A stretch of DNA of 64,000 nucleotides from Lingula anatina (Eukaryota; Animalia; Brachiopoda): assembly GCA_051362555.1 (NCBI GenBank), contig CM120643.1, forward strand, positions 27,966,848 through 28,030,847, given 5' to 3'. This document shows, piece after piece, positions 63,360 to 64,000 of the stretch (the first letter of the stretch is position 1; each line of letters begins with the position of its first letter). Under the pieces are notes generated by a model, which worked only from the letters and a program-made list of their open reading frames with translations, was not told the DNA's origin and ran no database searches. The position numbers were made by a program, and so were the translations under genes.

Positions 63360-63660
63360 CAAGTTCCTTTCCAGTACTTGGATCATTGCTCTGCATTAAG
63401 GTTCCCGTTGACCAAACCCATCTCACCTACAACATAGTGGTCAAAACACCCCGTACCATGGATTATGTTGGGTGCGTCCTGTCCACCAGAAGCACAAAAT
63501 TGTGAAGATACTTCCTACCAGCTATTTCCAAGCCCTTATGCGCCCATCAGTTCTTAAACTAAACCTACTTTCAGCTCAGAACAGTATCATTTTAATTTAA
63601 ATTGTTGGCTGGTGTCCATGTCAAAGTTATAGTATACCATCTTCCTACACGGTTCTTGGC
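63360..63660 (-). pseudogene. Tc1-like transposase relic
   Basis: Degenerate ILF*AESRFSLRTDGRIRAW (cf. VLFSDESRF..DGR.RVW) and GCFDHYVVGEMGLVNGNLNAEQ..IQVLERNL, with stops and frameshifts. Confidence 0.7.
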
Positions 63661-63719
63661 GGTGACTACAGCTCCTCTTAAAGCTTCCCTGCTAAAATAT
63701 GCGTGGACGGAGTTCTCTC

Positions 63720-64000
63720 TGAATTAGCTCAACTTGTCTTTGGTGTTCCACAAGGCAGTGTGTTAGGACCACTCATATTTTGTATTTATACTTTACCGCT
63801 TGGTGCAATCCTTCGTTTTCACGAGATTGGTTATCACATTTATGCTGATGACACTCAGCTTTACACATCCCGCAATATTAGAAACCCTGAATCATCAATT
63901 ACTAAAATAGTCAACTGTATTTCTGATATAAGGGGGTGGATGATCAGAAACGAACTCAAGATCAACGACGAGAAAACTGAATTCCTAGTAATATCTCAAC
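63720..64000 (+). mobile_element. L2/CR1-clade LINE reverse transcriptase fragment (5'-truncated, runs off the window)
   Basis: FGVPQGSVLGPLIFCIYTLPLGAILRFHEIGYHIYADDTQLY..CISDIRGWMIRNELKINDEKTEFLVI. Confidence 0.92.

Overview
AT-rich, intron-rich animal genomic DNA, probably a mollusc or other lophotrochozoan (inferred from the repeat and gene types, not proven). Genes rebuilt by hand from splice signals: (1) a secreted Pro/Gln/Asp/Met-rich low-complexity protein running off the left edge (- strand); (2) RPRD1B (-), head-to-head with POLR2C/RPB3 (+); (3) an intact 3-exon SOCS-box + NEK-like pseudokinase gene nested antisense in POLR2C intron 4; (4) EXOC2/Sec5 (-), with a decayed ISL2EU transposon (THAP/HTH gene plus SWIM/YqaJ gene) inserted into an intronic 27-bp minisatellite; (5) a very young non-autonomous LTR retroelement at the apparent EXOC2 transcription start, whose 3' end carries an inverted U3 copy while the 4-bp TSD is intact; (6) a somatomedin-B-like, probably GPI-anchored protein; (7) a tandem trio of small, rapidly diverging single-pass membrane protein genes that the ORF track does not reconstruct. 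Also present: several MITE families (CAGG...CCTG with 5-bp TSD, IS3EU-like, Harbinger-like), a tRNA-derived SINE, Tc1 and L2/CR1 relics, and microsatellites. All calls come from reading the sequence by eye; no database searches were run.
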